DNA of 64,000 nucleotides from a virus: the IMG/VR virus record IMGVR_UViG_3300031578_004185, positions 3,779 to 67,778 of that record. The stretch is one strand, 5' to 3'. This document shows, piece after piece, positions 44,477 to 53,835 of this stretch. Position 1 is the stretch's first letter. Every line of letters starts with the position of its first letter. The notes under the pieces were generated by a model, which was given only the letters and a program-made list of their open reading frames with translations, was not told the DNA's origin and ran no database searches. A program made the translations under genes and the position numbers.

Positions 44477-47400
44477 AGTCTCACACTCCTTACCACGGTT
44501 GGCTGGTTGTCCCTTTTGCCGATCCGCTTCGGTTTCTTCTTGCTCATCTTAGCTCGGTTGACCCCCTTGCTACTCACGCCCTCTGTACTATGGGCGTCAG
44601 ACCCTCTGAGCCACCCGGGGTCCTCGTCAAAGTACAAGTCCCTTGGTTCGGGTTCAACCTGCCTTATTCTAGCAGACTCCACCCGCTCTTCAGCTACTCT
44701 CTTTCTCTCCTCCACTACCTCTGGACGATTAACGCCCCGCATCTCGATTTCCCCTTTTACCCTGTCAGGCTTGGTAGTAGCGGATATAGCCGTCCTTGAT
44801 ACGCTGTGAGCGGGCTTGACAGTACCAATCTCCGAGCGAGATATGCCTTGACTCGGCACGGACATGCCCTTCGTAGGACTGTCAACTCCTCTACCGACAT
44901 TGGTCTCCAGACCCTTACCACCGACCTCTATCCGTTGTCCATAGTCGCTGATAAAGAAGTCCACTATGCCGAAATCGGCATTAACCTTCTCAGGGACTTT
45001 AGCCCTTGGTTTGCCTATCATCTGCACCGTCCCCTTGACCGTCTTTAGGTGCGTGTTCTTTGCCCCCATTGGGACTACGCCTCTAGGGAGCGTCTGCATC
45101 TTCGGCTGGTCCCACGGAGGAGGTGCCCATCGCCAGAACAGACCATGCTTCACTGTAATGCTCCCCGGCGGTAACTCTGCTCGCTTACCGGATATCCGTG
45201 GTCTGACCAAGGCAACTGGTGGGGGCGGCGTAACAGGTATTATTCTGGGCGTCGGTCTAGGGGTCACCACAGACATAATAGGTGTTTTCACAGGCGTAAC
45301 CGGCGTTTTTCTCGGTGTCTCTCTCGGTGTCTCTCTCGGTGTCTCTCTCGGTGTCTCTCTCGGTGTCTCCCTAGACGTTGTTCTGGGAGTCGTCCTAGGT
45401 GTTATCTCGGGAACCAATCTTGGGGTGCCCCTAGCACTAATCTCCGGCACAGGCTCCCCTGCTACACGCGTTGGTGCGAACCCGGATGTGACTGGAACTC
45501 TCTCAGCGAAGATTGTTTGTTCCCTAGCCTCGGAGGGTGGGATTTCCCTAATTCCAGCCATAGCACGAGGAACTATTGGGATAACGCGCAACATTCTCCG
45601 TTCACGGAAAGGAACGAGGAAATCAGTAGGCCCGGCTCTTGGAACCTCAGCAAGTGTTGCTTTAACTCGCCTAGCATTGTCGTTCGAGGCGTACAACAAA
45701 TCCCGCTCAGGGGTCTTAAAAGTAGCCTTCAAGTTCTTAACATCCCTAGCCTTCTTTGCTCCCCGTAATATCTCATACTCAGGAGTTCCTTTGGGGTACT
45801 GCTTTATCCCCGCAGTCGGTAGGTGTTTATCCACCACAACCAACTTGGAAGTATCAAACCCCCGCTTGTAAAGTTCTATGTACAGAGACGGGCTGACGGC
45901 TGCTGAATCCCCGGAGCGAAGAACACGGACAGCACCAATCTCCGGCTCGTATACCCACTCTCTCGCCTTCCAGTCGTACCACTTGTTCATTGGTATCTTC
46001 AATTTCAGGCTAGCAGGTTCGCCGTCAAACATATATGTCCCAAAGGCGGAGTGTTCAGTGGTCTTGCCCATGTGGACTTCGGCAGGACGCATATTTTTAA
46101 CTCTAATCCCCAGTTCGGATATTATTTGCTCCTCAGCGAACTCCTTTAGTGTCCCTCTACCAAAGGGTCGACCAACTCTCGGTTGCCCTCTCACATCTAT
46201 TTGCCCACCGATGGTATTCCAGACTCCAGCAAGATCAGTCGCAGCCGTATCGGTTCCTACGATATATGCCCCCTTGATAGTGGGGTGTTTAAGCATCACA
46301 GCCGTTCTCGGAACGACCCAGTTATCACCGAATTCCCGTACCGGGTGATAGTATGGGTCTCTCGTTCGTACCAACCTACCATTTCGGTCAACAAAAGGAA
46401 CGTCAGCCAACCCAGAAGGGTCTCCGGCTTTCTCTAACTTGGAGGCTAATTCAGGGGTAGACAATCTTCGACTTGGGTCTCTACCTTCCAAGAACGCGCG
46501 GACAGCAACGTCGACAGGACTGGATTTCATCTCCTGCAACGTTATTCCCCGGCTGTACCACATCTTCGGCGAGGTGACGATATCACTAGCCCTAGCTCTT
46601 GGTCTAATAGCTTTGCCAGGGTCAAACCAGTTCTCTATCGCCACTTTAGGGCGACTAACGAATTTGGTATGATACAACTGTCGCATAGTTGGTAATACTC
46701 TGCCCTCGGCGATTGCCGCGTTCGTTGCCGTAATGACAATCGGCATACTCTGACCGGCTCTGATACGTTGCCCGGTTACTATATCCATACCCGCGATCGG
46801 GCTGTAAGTTGTTATGGTCGCCACTTCGGGCATCGTCTCCCCACCTGTGGCAACCTTATCTAACCTACGGACAGGAGCGAACACCTTGGAAGTAAACCCT
46901 GCAGGGGTAACCATCTCCAATTCCCAAGTGGGTCTAATTTCACCGCTCGGTTCTTGTGACCAGTGAAACTTGTAAACAGGGTAAACACCTTGGGGCAGAG
47001 CATCGGGATGCCCGGGAGGTAATAGTGCTCTCCGTTCTACTTCACGCCTGAGCAGGTCGTTCGCCGCGGATACGGGGTCGCCAAAGTTGCGCTTCTTGGC
47101 TGCCATCCATATCCTCTCGTTCCGCATCTGCTTAGAAACCGCTTCGTGGACAACCATAGGCAAATCCCGTATGTCTTTAGAGCTGTAGCGGAGCATTTTG
47201 CCACCAGGAGAATACCAATCCTTTATCTTAGGAATCGTATCCTTGGGTATCACGTAGTCCTTGAACTTGGGACTGGACGGGTTCTCTAAAAGTTCACGCA
47301 ATACCGTCTCCGCAGTCTTCTTGGTAACCAACGCACGATTGGCGACGCGAAATGAGTTGACTACTTCCTGCGGTATCTTGCCCAAGTACCACCCAGCGAC

Positions 47401-49902
47401 ATCGCCGGAGAAGTTGGGTGACCACCACTCCATTGAACCCGTGGGAGTGACATCCTTGCCGAGTTTGCCTATCTGCCGGAGATAGGTATTGATGTCGGGT
47501 TTAACGCTAAATAAAATTCGCTGGTCAAGAGACACCTGTGCTGGATTACTCCTAGCCCTGATAGATGTCTCCCTCGGTGTTCCCCCGACGACACCCCCTC
47601 TTACCGTCTTGATCTGACCTGTCAACTTGCTATACGACACAAACTGCTCAGCATAGGCAAGAGCGTCTTCTGGTCGCTTGAACATTTTGAGTGCTTGCTC
47701 TACGGCACGAGGGAGCTTGCCTCCGTATATCTTCTCCACCTGTTGTACCAAATCCACAGCATATTCAGGGGTCATAAACCCCTTCAACTGCGTCCTAGGG
47801 ATACTAATCTCCAACGACAAGTTAGGTGGCTCAAAACTCCCCGGACGTACAGCTTGGCGGACCTCCTTGAACACAAACTTGCCACCACCAATAGCGACAC
47901 CGGCAAACAAAAGGGCTTCGACACCAACAGCCAATACTTTTTCCGTGGGACTAGCTTTAGGGCTAAGAACGGTTTTTGCGGCGTCAGGTAGAAGCAGGAC
48001 GCCTAACCCGGCAGGTACACCCCTCTTTACTATCTCGCCTGTTAAGCGACCAACTGTTGTAATGGCACCCCGGGCAACGGTTGGTATCACTCTCATCCCC
48101 GTCATTCTCGCCAATGTTGCGGAACCGATTGAACTAACAGGGAGACCCAGCATCATAACATCCAGAGCAGCCACCAACCCACCGATAGCCCACTCTTTTG
48201 CTGTTACCCTCGTTCCATAGTTGTAATACTCCAACCCAGCCTTCAGGTCGTCAGATGTCTCATACCCTATATCCTCGGCAATAGCCTGAACCTTCGCCGG
48301 ATCCGCTTTGTCTAGTTTCTTGACATCGAACGAGCCATCGGGTTTCACATAATCGCGCAGGGCGGATAATTCAGTCTTATAGGTCTTTGTTAGCTGTGCT
48401 TTGGCTTCTGGTAAAGTCAACCGCTTCCCAATAGGGGTTGTAATCGGCTGTATCGGGGCAAAGAGCAACTGCAGGGCGAGGTTTTTGCTGGATATGTGTT
48501 CAATGTCTTTCGCAAAGGCGGAGAAGACACTACCCTTCGTCCAATCCTTGTCGAACAGGACGGCAACCGCTCGCTTTTGGTCGTCATTGAGTTGCCGATA
48601 GGCTTCAGTGTATGACCCCTTGACAGGCTTGATATCGAGGTCGTCTAAGGCTCTACCTAACGAGCTTAGTTCCCCAGAGGACAACCCAAGACGCCTCGCA
48701 AATCCTGTTCCGGTAGGTACAACACCCTTGTCTAAGTGGGCGGCGATACTACCAGTAGTTTTATTCCACTGAGTAACTGCGGACAGAATATCGTCCCCAA
48801 AACCAGCATCACGTAGTGTCTTCATTCCATCGGGGTTCTTCCGAACAAACTCAGCCATAGCAGGGAGCGTGTACTCGCGGAGTGAGGGACCGAACGCCCT
48901 CATATATGCCCCTTCGGGAAGTTTCTCCACGAAGCCAGCACTAGATAGTCGTTGCAGGGCAACCTGTTGTCTTGCATACGCTTTGGTGGTAGCAATCTCA
49001 CCCACCTTATACTTACCAGAGTACACCTCCCCTAATTCTTCCGGGGATAACCCCATCTCGTCCCTCTGCTTCGCAAACGCCTCCCACACTAGGACAAACT
49101 TGCCCTTTTTGATGTTCCCAGGGTCGTCGGGGTCAGGCATAAACGCCTTATACTTCCCACTCTGGATCTCGGCTAATTGCTTCTCGGCTTCGGCAAGGTT
49201 CTTGGCATATCCAGCAGAAACCTGCTGGGATATCCAGTCCTGTTTAGCCTTCTCTTGCCCTCTGGCTTGCGCAACAGTATAATATACAAAGCTCCCGTCC
49301 TTCTCGCCGGCGTAGACACTACCTCTAGGGACAAAACCCAGCTGGACAGCCCTATTAAACTTAGCCTTGCCTGTGAGTTTGCTATAATCTGCTAACTGCT
49401 TGTTGATAGTCTCGGATACCCTAGACGGGAGAGCGACATCGGAGTGAGTTTTAATGAAGTCCAGTTGCACAGCCAGTGGAGCACCGGCTTTTCGCATAGC
49501 ACTTAGCTGGATATCAGGTCTGGCTCCACGAACCTTGGCAGGCAGGTAAGCCTCAACCGTAGCAGGTCTCTCCTTGGTAGGAGGAACACCAACGAACTCT
49601 ACAGGCTCTGCAGGTGGAACCACAGCAGGTTCGGGAGCACCGATGAATTCTACAGACGCTTCCGCTTTAGCCCTTGCTTTCTCGGCTCTGGCTTTCTTCT
49701 CAGCCTCCTGAGCCTTGTAGGCTTCTGAACCCTTCCATGGTGTACCCTTCTTCCACGTCCCTGCTTTGCGAGCAGCTTTTTTAGCGTCTACTCTAGCTCT
49801 CTGCTCCGCTTTCTGCTTCGCATAGCTGGGTTGCGGAGTAGTAGGTGGTGCCGAGGTAGTCGCTACCGAGGTAGTCGCTACCCCTCTTGTATCATCAGCC
49901 AT
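44473..49902 (-). CDS. 1809-aa putative internal virion protein with TM hairpin, Nudix-like segment and C-terminal tag
   Basis: Hydrophobic region near aa 570-680; GGQID...EFAEEQIISELG; ETPR repeats; ends PTVVRSVRL. Confidence 0.75.
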   Translation of the reverse strand: MADDTRGVATTSVATTSAPPTTPQPSYAKQKAEQRARVDAKKAARKAGTWKKGTPWKGSEAYKAQEAEKKARAEKARAKAEASVEFIGAPEPAVVPPAEPVEFVGVPPTKERPATVEAYLPAKVRGARPDIQLSAMRKAGAPLAVQLDFIKTHSDVALPSRVSETINKQLADYSKLTGKAKFNRAVQLGFVPRGSVYAGEKDGSFVYYTVAQARGQEKAKQDWISQQVSAGYAKNLAEAEKQLAEIQSGKYKAFMPDPDDPGNIKKGKFVLVWEAFAKQRDEMGLSPEELGEVYSGKYKVGEIATTKAYARQQVALQRLSSAGFVEKLPEGAYMRAFGPSLREYTLPAMAEFVRKNPDGMKTLRDAGFGDDILSAVTQWNKTTGSIAAHLDKGVVPTGTGFARRLGLSSGELSSLGRALDDLDIKPVKGSYTEAYRQLNDDQKRAVAVLFDKDWTKGSVFSAFAKDIEHISSKNLALQLLFAPIQPITTPIGKRLTLPEAKAQLTKTYKTELSALRDYVKPDGSFDVKKLDKADPAKVQAIAEDIGYETSDDLKAGLEYYNYGTRVTAKEWAIGGLVAALDVMMLGLPVSSIGSATLARMTGMRVIPTVARGAITTVGRLTGEIVKRGVPAGLGVLLLPDAAKTVLSPKASPTEKVLAVGVEALLFAGVAIGGGKFVFKEVRQAVRPGSFEPPNLSLEISIPRTQLKGFMTPEYAVDLVQQVEKIYGGKLPRAVEQALKMFKRPEDALAYAEQFVSYSKLTGQIKTVRGGVVGGTPRETSIRARSNPAQVSLDQRILFSVKPDINTYLRQIGKLGKDVTPTGSMEWWSPNFSGDVAGWYLGKIPQEVVNSFRVANRALVTKKTAETVLRELLENPSSPKFKDYVIPKDTIPKIKDWYSPGGKMLRYSSKDIRDLPMVVHEAVSKQMRNERIWMAAKKRNFGDPVSAANDLLRREVERRALLPPGHPDALPQGVYPVYKFHWSQEPSGEIRPTWELEMVTPAGFTSKVFAPVRRLDKVATGGETMPEVATITTYSPIAGMDIVTGQRIRAGQSMPIVITATNAAIAEGRVLPTMRQLYHTKFVSRPKVAIENWFDPGKAIRPRARASDIVTSPKMWYSRGITLQEMKSSPVDVAVRAFLEGRDPSRRLSTPELASKLEKAGDPSGLADVPFVDRNGRLVRTRDPYYHPVREFGDNWVVPRTAVMLKHPTIKGAYIVGTDTAATDLAGVWNTIGGQIDVRGQPRVGRPFGRGTLKEFAEEQIISELGIRVKNMRPAEVHMGKTTEHSAFGTYMFDGEPASLKLKIPMNKWYDWKAREWVYEPEIGAVRVLRSGDSAAVSPSLYIELYKRGFDTSKLVVVDKHLPTAGIKQYPKGTPEYEILRGAKKARDVKNLKATFKTPERDLLYASNDNARRVKATLAEVPRAGPTDFLVPFRERRMLRVIPIVPRAMAGIREIPPSEAREQTIFAERVPVTSGFAPTRVAGEPVPEISARGTPRLVPEITPRTTPRTTSRETPRETPRETPRETPRETPRKTPVTPVKTPIMSVVTPRPTPRIIPVTPPPPVALVRPRISGKRAELPPGSITVKHGLFWRWAPPPWDQPKMQTLPRGVVPMGAKNTHLKTVKGTVQMIGKPRAKVPEKVNADFGIVDFFISDYGQRIEVGGKGLETNVGRGVDSPTKGMSVPSQGISRSEIGTVKPAHSVSRTAISATTKPDRVKGEIEMRGVNRPEVVEERKRVAEERVESARIRQVEPEPRDLYFDEDPGWLRGSDAHSTEGVSSKGVNRAKMSKKKPKRIGKRDNQPTVVRSVRL
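45311..45370 (-). repeat. 12-bp tandem repeat x5 encoding ETPR
   Basis: ctcggtgtctct x5. Confidence 0.9.
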
Positions 49903-50056
49903 TCCTCAACCCCCGCGGTCTAATCGTGACACTATTACATCTTCGGCATCGGTACCGTTGCTTGCCGTCTTGGTTCAACCCGTCCTTTACGAGACGAACC
50001 GAGCGACACTTCCGGCAACGGTATCTTTCCTTATTCTTCCATGGGTTACTGACCAT
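49895..50056 (-). CDS. InsA-like Zn-ribbon protein (53 aa)
   Basis: Manual: MVSNPWKNKERYRCRKCRSVRLVKDGLNQDGKQRYRCRRCNSV. Confidence 0.7.
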   Translation of the reverse strand: MVSNPWKNKERYRCRKCRSVRLVKDGLNQDGKQRYRCRRCNSVTIRPRGLRNG

Positions 50057-50089
50057 CGCACATCCAACCCTTATCCAACATTACTCAAC

Positions 50090-50118
50090 ATTGTATAACA
50101 AAAAGCGAGGGTTGTCAA
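50090..50118 (-). promoter_or_regulatory. sigma70-type promoter for structural operon
   Basis: TTGACA, 17 nt, TACAAT. Confidence 0.85.
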
Positions 50119-50151
50119 TACCCCCGCTACGAAGAAGGGCTAAACCATAGA

Positions 50152-50334
50152 CTAAGGCCACCTCTTGCTCCCCAGTGCTTCACCGAACGTATAGGCTTCG
50201 ACTCGGCCACCTCGAGAGAACTTCCGGCGCTGTGGCGCATCCTCCTTGACTTGGCTGACACTGTACTTATTCTTTCTCTTGGATGTTCGCTTCTTGACTC
50301 CGGTGTTCTTTTTCTTCGCCTTGGATTTCGCCAT
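50152..50334 (-). CDS. Highly basic small protein (DNA-condensing candidate)
   Basis: MAKSKAKKKNTGVKKRTSKRK. Confidence 0.65.
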   Translation of the reverse strand: MAKSKAKKKNTGVKKRTSKRKNKYSVSQVKEDAPQRRKFSRGGRVEAYTFGEALGSKRWP

Positions 50335-50337
50335 ATT

Positions 50338-50733
50338 CTACCTCCGCTTGGTAACCTTCCGTGTAGTCCGTCTTCGTTTAGGGCGTTGTGCTTTCTCTAA
50401 AGCCCGGTATACACCCACTGTCTCCCTACCCAGTCTTGACCCGACGGCACCGAGGCGCTCCCCGACAGTCAAGTCTCCTGCCTCCCTGCGGGCTTTCTTG
50501 GCAGCCGTTTCAGCCTTGTAGGTAGCTACCTTAGCCTCAGACAACTCCTTCCTCAGCGTCGCCTTGTCCCGCCGGAGTTGCAACATAGCCAGCTCCCGCT
50601 CCTGCTTGGTTCGCGCCCTATCTAGCTTGTGTCTAGCACGAACCTCGGCTTCGGCTACTCGCCGATCGTACGCCGCTTCGATGCTGGCAATGTGTTTCTT
50701 AACAATGGATGATACTCTTTGTACAAAGTTCAT
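50338..50733 (-). CDS. Basic coiled-coil protein
   Basis: Heptad-like, R/K-rich tail. Confidence 0.7.
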   Translation of the reverse strand: MNFVQRVSSIVKKHIASIEAAYDRRVAEAEVRARHKLDRARTKQERELAMLQLRRDKATLRKELSEAKVATYKAETAAKKARREAGDLTVGERLGAVGSRLGRETVGVYRALEKAQRPKRRRTTRKVTKRR

Positions 50734-50742
50734 TGCATCCTC

Positions 50743-51036
50743 CTACCTCATACTGGCGAACATCTTGTGCGCGGCTAAGTCGTATATCTTGACCGTCGCC
50801 CAGTACTCGTTCCGCTCCCTGCGGGACAAGTTGCTCCGCTTGACTGAGACTCTGGCACGATTGGCAGCGAGTTGTGTAGCACGGGCTATACGGAGCTTCT
50901 TGGTCTTCGTTTTAGCCCCATCAAACTCGCGCTGGAGTTCCTTAACAGAGCCACGGGCAGCCGACGGATTGCGCAGGGATATCATATCGCCGAGGTACTT
51001 GTGCTTGGTTGGCACGAACATTGTCTTTGTCGCCAC
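50743..51036 (-). CDS. Basic hypothetical protein
   Basis: 97-aa ORF, SD GGAGG. Confidence 0.7.
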   Translation of the reverse strand: MATKTMFVPTKHKYLGDMISLRNPSAARGSVKELQREFDGAKTKTKKLRIARATQLAANRARVSVKRSNLSRRERNEYWATVKIYDLAAHKMFASMR

Positions 51037-51049
51037 GACTATACACCTC

Positions 51050-51226
51050 CTACAGCTTCAGTTCCCGGACGGTCGGCTTGTACGGCCACTTCCCAGTAAG
51101 TCGCTTAGCGACTTTCTCGGCATCCGACCTAGTACCGAAATGGATGAAGCGCTCGGTACGGTATGGCCAGCGGATGCCCCAAGCACGATACGTACCGACT
51201 TTTATTGTTCCCTGTACGTCTTTCAT
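51050..51226 (-). CDS. Small basic protein (family A-like)
   Basis: Manual: ...RFIHFGTRSDAEKVAKRLTGKWPYKPTVRELKL. Confidence 0.65.
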   Translation of the reverse strand: MKDVQGTIKVGTYRAWGIRWPYRTERFIHFGTRSDAEKVAKRLTGKWPYKPTVRELKL

Positions 51227-51229
51227 CTC

Positions 51230-51370
51230 CTACATACCCCCTATTTTGAACATCTTTGTCCCACACACTGGACACGTCCCCCGTACGGCTTTCCTGCCGT
51301 TCTTCAGGGTCACTTCCTGCGGGTCTTTCATCTCCCGCTTGGCTCTACACTTGAAACAATACGCTGTCAT
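51230..51370 (-). CDS. DUF5679 (Cren7-like Cys-containing) protein
   Basis: Manual: MTAYCFKCRAKREMKDPQEVTLKNGRKAVRGTCPVCGTKMFKIGGM. Confidence 0.85.
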   Translation of the reverse strand: MTAYCFKCRAKREMKDPQEVTLKNGRKAVRGTCPVCGTKMFKIGGM

Positions 51371-51372
51371 GT

Positions 51373-51576
51373 CTATTTACCTCCTATAGTCCACACGATA
51401 TAATAAGGACTACGAGAGACCAAAGTCTGCCCCCTCGTCACGCGCGCTAACTTGCCTCGCTTTCGCAGGACAGAAGCAAAGTTGCGCGCTTCCGACTTGG
51501 TATCAAAATCACGAGAGAAGCGATATTTGATACCGCCGAAGGTTCTATAGCCAAACTGTTTCCGCCTGTTAGCCAT
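51373..51576 (-). CDS. Small basic protein (family A)
   Basis: RTFGGIKYRFSRDFDTKSEARNFASVLRKRGKLARV...YIVW. Confidence 0.7.
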   Translation of the reverse strand: MANRRKQFGYRTFGGIKYRFSRDFDTKSEARNFASVLRKRGKLARVTRGQTLVSRSPYYIVWTIGGK

Positions 51577-51591
51577 TGCTGGTTACCTCCA

Positions 51592-51789
51592 CTAAATGTA
51601 AATCTTCCGACCTTTTTTCATAATGTACTTCCCGCCCCGCTCGCCTTGATGGACTTTGAACCGCTTGCGGACTTTTACGACTTTCTTCTTGCCCGTTTTC
51701 TTGTCGAACATTATCCGGGTCGTTTCCGCCACAACTCCCATCCCAATAACGGTCGGAAGGGTCGTCGACATAATCATTGCACCTGTCAT
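51592..51789 (-). CDS. Small protein, hydrophobic N-terminus and basic C-terminus
   Basis: KVHQGERGGKYIMKKGRKIYI. Confidence 0.65.
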   Translation of the reverse strand: MTGAMIMSTTLPTVIGMGVVAETTRIMFDKKTGKKKVVKVRKRFKVHQGERGGKYIMKKGRKIYI

Positions 51790-51807
51790 TTTCGTTTACC
51801 TCCTCTA

Positions 51808-51996
51808 TTACTGGTATTGCTTCGGCAGTAACTGGACAAGCGCCCACCACTTACCGACCTTTCTTACTTTAGCTGTTCTGGGAAAGTCAGATCTCCTGAC
51901 CTGCCTCTTTGCATTGAACTTGGTCCGGTGACGGGACAATACGTAGTACTTGTGTCCCCTGATAACTACTACCGACCGTCCCCCGTAGGTTTCCAT
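51808..51996 (-). CDS. Small basic protein (family A-like)
   Basis: IRGHKYYVLSRHRTKFNAKRQVR...AKVRKVGKWWAL. Confidence 0.6.
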   Translation of the reverse strand: METYGGRSVVVIRGHKYYVLSRHRTKFNAKRQVRRSDFPRTAKVRKVGKWWALVQLLPKQYQ

Positions 51997-52002
51997 CCTG
52001 AC

Positions 52003-52110
52003 CTATCTCCGTCCCCCCTTCTTGCTCTTCTTCTTAGGTTTACAACCACCCAGCTTTCTACCTGTTCTCGGTCCCTTACCTTCGGGGCCGGTTTTATCTC
52101 GATTTGGCAT
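52003..52110 (-). CDS. DUF5320-like 35-aa protein
   Basis: Manual: MPNRDKTGPEGKGPRTGRKLGGCKPKKKSKKGGRR; SD GGAGG. Confidence 0.75.
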   Translation of the reverse strand: MPNRDKTGPEGKGPRTGRKLGGCKPKKKSKKGGRR

Positions 52111-52130
52111 AACTTACCTCCTTACTCTCA

Positions 52131-52376
52131 TCAAGCACTTGTCAGGCAGTCAGCACCCAAGAAGTAGTCCCGCTTCTCACCCTCAAACCTGACCCAGTAA
52201 TTCAGCTTGTATGGGACGTTGCGATACGCTGACCGCATCAGACCGTGCCCTTTAGTCAGTATCTCTTTCCCCCGGACGACACCTACTTTACCCACGAATT
52301 GAGGGTAAATCTTCCTCGCCCAAGAGGTGAGTTTAACTTTACTGCCTACCTTGCGGCCCACTCGCGGCTTAGACAT
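52131..52376 (-). CDS. SH3/KOW-like small protein
   Basis: KVGSKVKL...GKVGVV...YWVRFEG. Confidence 0.6.
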   Translation of the reverse strand: MSKPRVGRKVGSKVKLTSWARKIYPQFVGKVGVVRGKEILTKGHGLMRSAYRNVPYKLNYWVRFEGEKRDYFLGADCLTSA

Positions 52377-52378
52377 AG

Positions 52379-52738
52379 TTATCTCCTTATCCCCCGCATA
52401 CTGGTCGGGGTACTAGATGACCGCTTGGATGATTTCTTAACCCTCGGTTTTCTGGGCTTCGGGCTATCCGGCATATCCGGGAACTGTTTGCCCTTACGGA
52501 TATTGGACAGTATCATTACTGCCTCTTTGCGGTCGAAAGCATCGTAGAGATTGTCGCCGTGTTCTATGTAGAACGGCTCACCCATTTCGCCAGTATCCTC
52601 GTCATACCCAGCACTGTCAATATCAATACGGATTTTTGCCCCCGTCTTGGCATCCACTACGGTCTCACGGGCATCCGTTCCTGCCGTGTAATTTACAATG
52701 TCTCGAACACTACCTGACATTTTAGTATCCATATCCAT
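52379..52738 (-). CDS. Acidic domain + basic C-terminal tag
   Basis: Ends KKSSKRSSSTPTSMRGIRR. Confidence 0.75.
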   Translation of the reverse strand: MDMDTKMSGSVRDIVNYTAGTDARETVVDAKTGAKIRIDIDSAGYDEDTGEMGEPFYIEHGDNLYDAFDRKEAVMILSNIRKGKQFPDMPDSPKPRKPRVKKSSKRSSSTPTSMRGIRR

Positions 52739-52744
52739 ACCTCC

Positions 52745-53068
52745 TTACCTTATCCCTCTGACACTCGTGAGAGTAGATGACCGCTTGCTAGACTTGCGCT
52801 TGGCAGTCGGCTTCTTGGCTCTCGGTTTAGAGTGCTTCCACTCGTATTCCTCCATCGTGTAGGGCATATAGGCTTCGGTTTCCTCTTCAGCACCTTCTCG
52901 CACTAGGGCGGACAGACCAGCAGTGCCGTCCCCCCAGCGGTTAGTCGCCTTGCCCGTACGCCCGTTAACTAAGACACCGATACCGTCCTCGTCTCCATAT
53001 AACTCACCAGGGAACACAAGCAGTTCGGATGTAGTCCCTTTACCTGTTTTCCTATTCACGAATGGCAT
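52745..53068 (-). CDS. Acidic domain + basic C-terminal tag
   Basis: Ends KRKSSKRSSTLTSVRGIRR. Confidence 0.75.
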   Translation of the reverse strand: MPFVNRKTGKGTTSELLVFPGELYGDEDGIGVLVNGRTGKATNRWGDGTAGLSALVREGAEEETEAYMPYTMEEYEWKHSKPRAKKPTAKRKSSKRSSTLTSVRGIR

Positions 53069-53071
53069 AAT

Positions 53072-53455
53072 CTACCTCCTTATCCCGCGAAGGCTAGTCG
53101 GGCTTGAACCGCATCTAGCCCTACTCGGCTTCCGTTTAGGAGACTTTTTAGACCCACCCCGTACTTTGGATAGAGATATTCCGTATCCGTCAGGCAGTGG
53201 CTCAGTCAAGGTATCCTTGACGAACCTCCGTGCCTCATCTGGTAAGCTCTCAAGGCTAACCAGTTTGCCGAGATGGGAATACGAACCCATCTGGCGGTAT
53301 TCGCCCGCATACTGACCGAATCCTTGCGGGTGGTATGGGTTATCATTGAACCCGTACATATCCAGCATCCCCGGCGTATTGACGCTAGGAACTACCAGCG
53401 TGTAGCGGTCTATGGTCTTACCGCCGTTATCATAGATTCTTACCTGTGATGACAT
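53072..53455 (-). CDS. Hypothetical domain + basic C-terminal tag
   Basis: YDNGGKTIDRYT N-terminus; ends GSSPTSLRGIRR. Confidence 0.75.
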   Translation of the reverse strand: MSSQVRIYDNGGKTIDRYTLVVPSVNTPGMLDMYGFNDNPYHPQGFGQYAGEYRQMGSYSHLGKLVSLESLPDEARRFVKDTLTEPLPDGYGISLSKVRGGSKKSPKRKPSRARCGSSPTSLRGIRR

Positions 53456-53568
53456 ATCTTACCTCCTATCGCTTCTCCGACCAGAATACTAGGTCAAACT
53501 TCTTGCCCCCGATGGTCTTGGTTCCGCTGTACCGTGATTTGTATACCCCCATTTGGATTACCTCCTCT

Positions 53569-53766
53569 CTACTTCCCGCTCCTAGACTTCCGTCCACCGA
53601 CTATCGAGCCGGGCTGTCCCCTGTAGAACGAGTGTCCACATTCGGTACACTTGAATCTATCCTTACGCCCGGAAGTAGTAGGGACAAACCCTACTTTCCA
53701 AACGTAGGTAGACCCACACTTGGGACACTTCACCCCGTATTTGTTTTTATGTACTGTTTTTGCCAT
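53569..53766 (-). CDS. InsA-like Zn-ribbon protein
   Basis: CPKCGS...KVG...GRKDRFKCTECG. Confidence 0.75.
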   Translation of the reverse strand: MAKTVHKNKYGVKCPKCGSTYVWKVGFVPTTSGRKDRFKCTECGHSFYRGQPGSIVGGRKSRSGK

Positions 53767-53835
53767 CTTTACTTCCTCCCCTTGAGACTAAAATTTAGCT
53801 AAACTCTCCGTAATCGGACAACCATTCAGATACCC

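Noticed and set aside
32447-49902. Tailed-phage (Caudoviricetes) head-tail module with the 1809-aa ORF as tape measure
   Set aside because: No terminase, portal, HK97 or tail motifs recognised; the module is dominated by TM and signal-peptide proteins. Genes outside the window cannot be excluded
50564-51403. Long plus-strand ORFs (for example 50564..51403, 56778..57704, 44966..45871)
   Set aside because: Antisense shadows of well-supported minus-strand genes, with no SD or motifs
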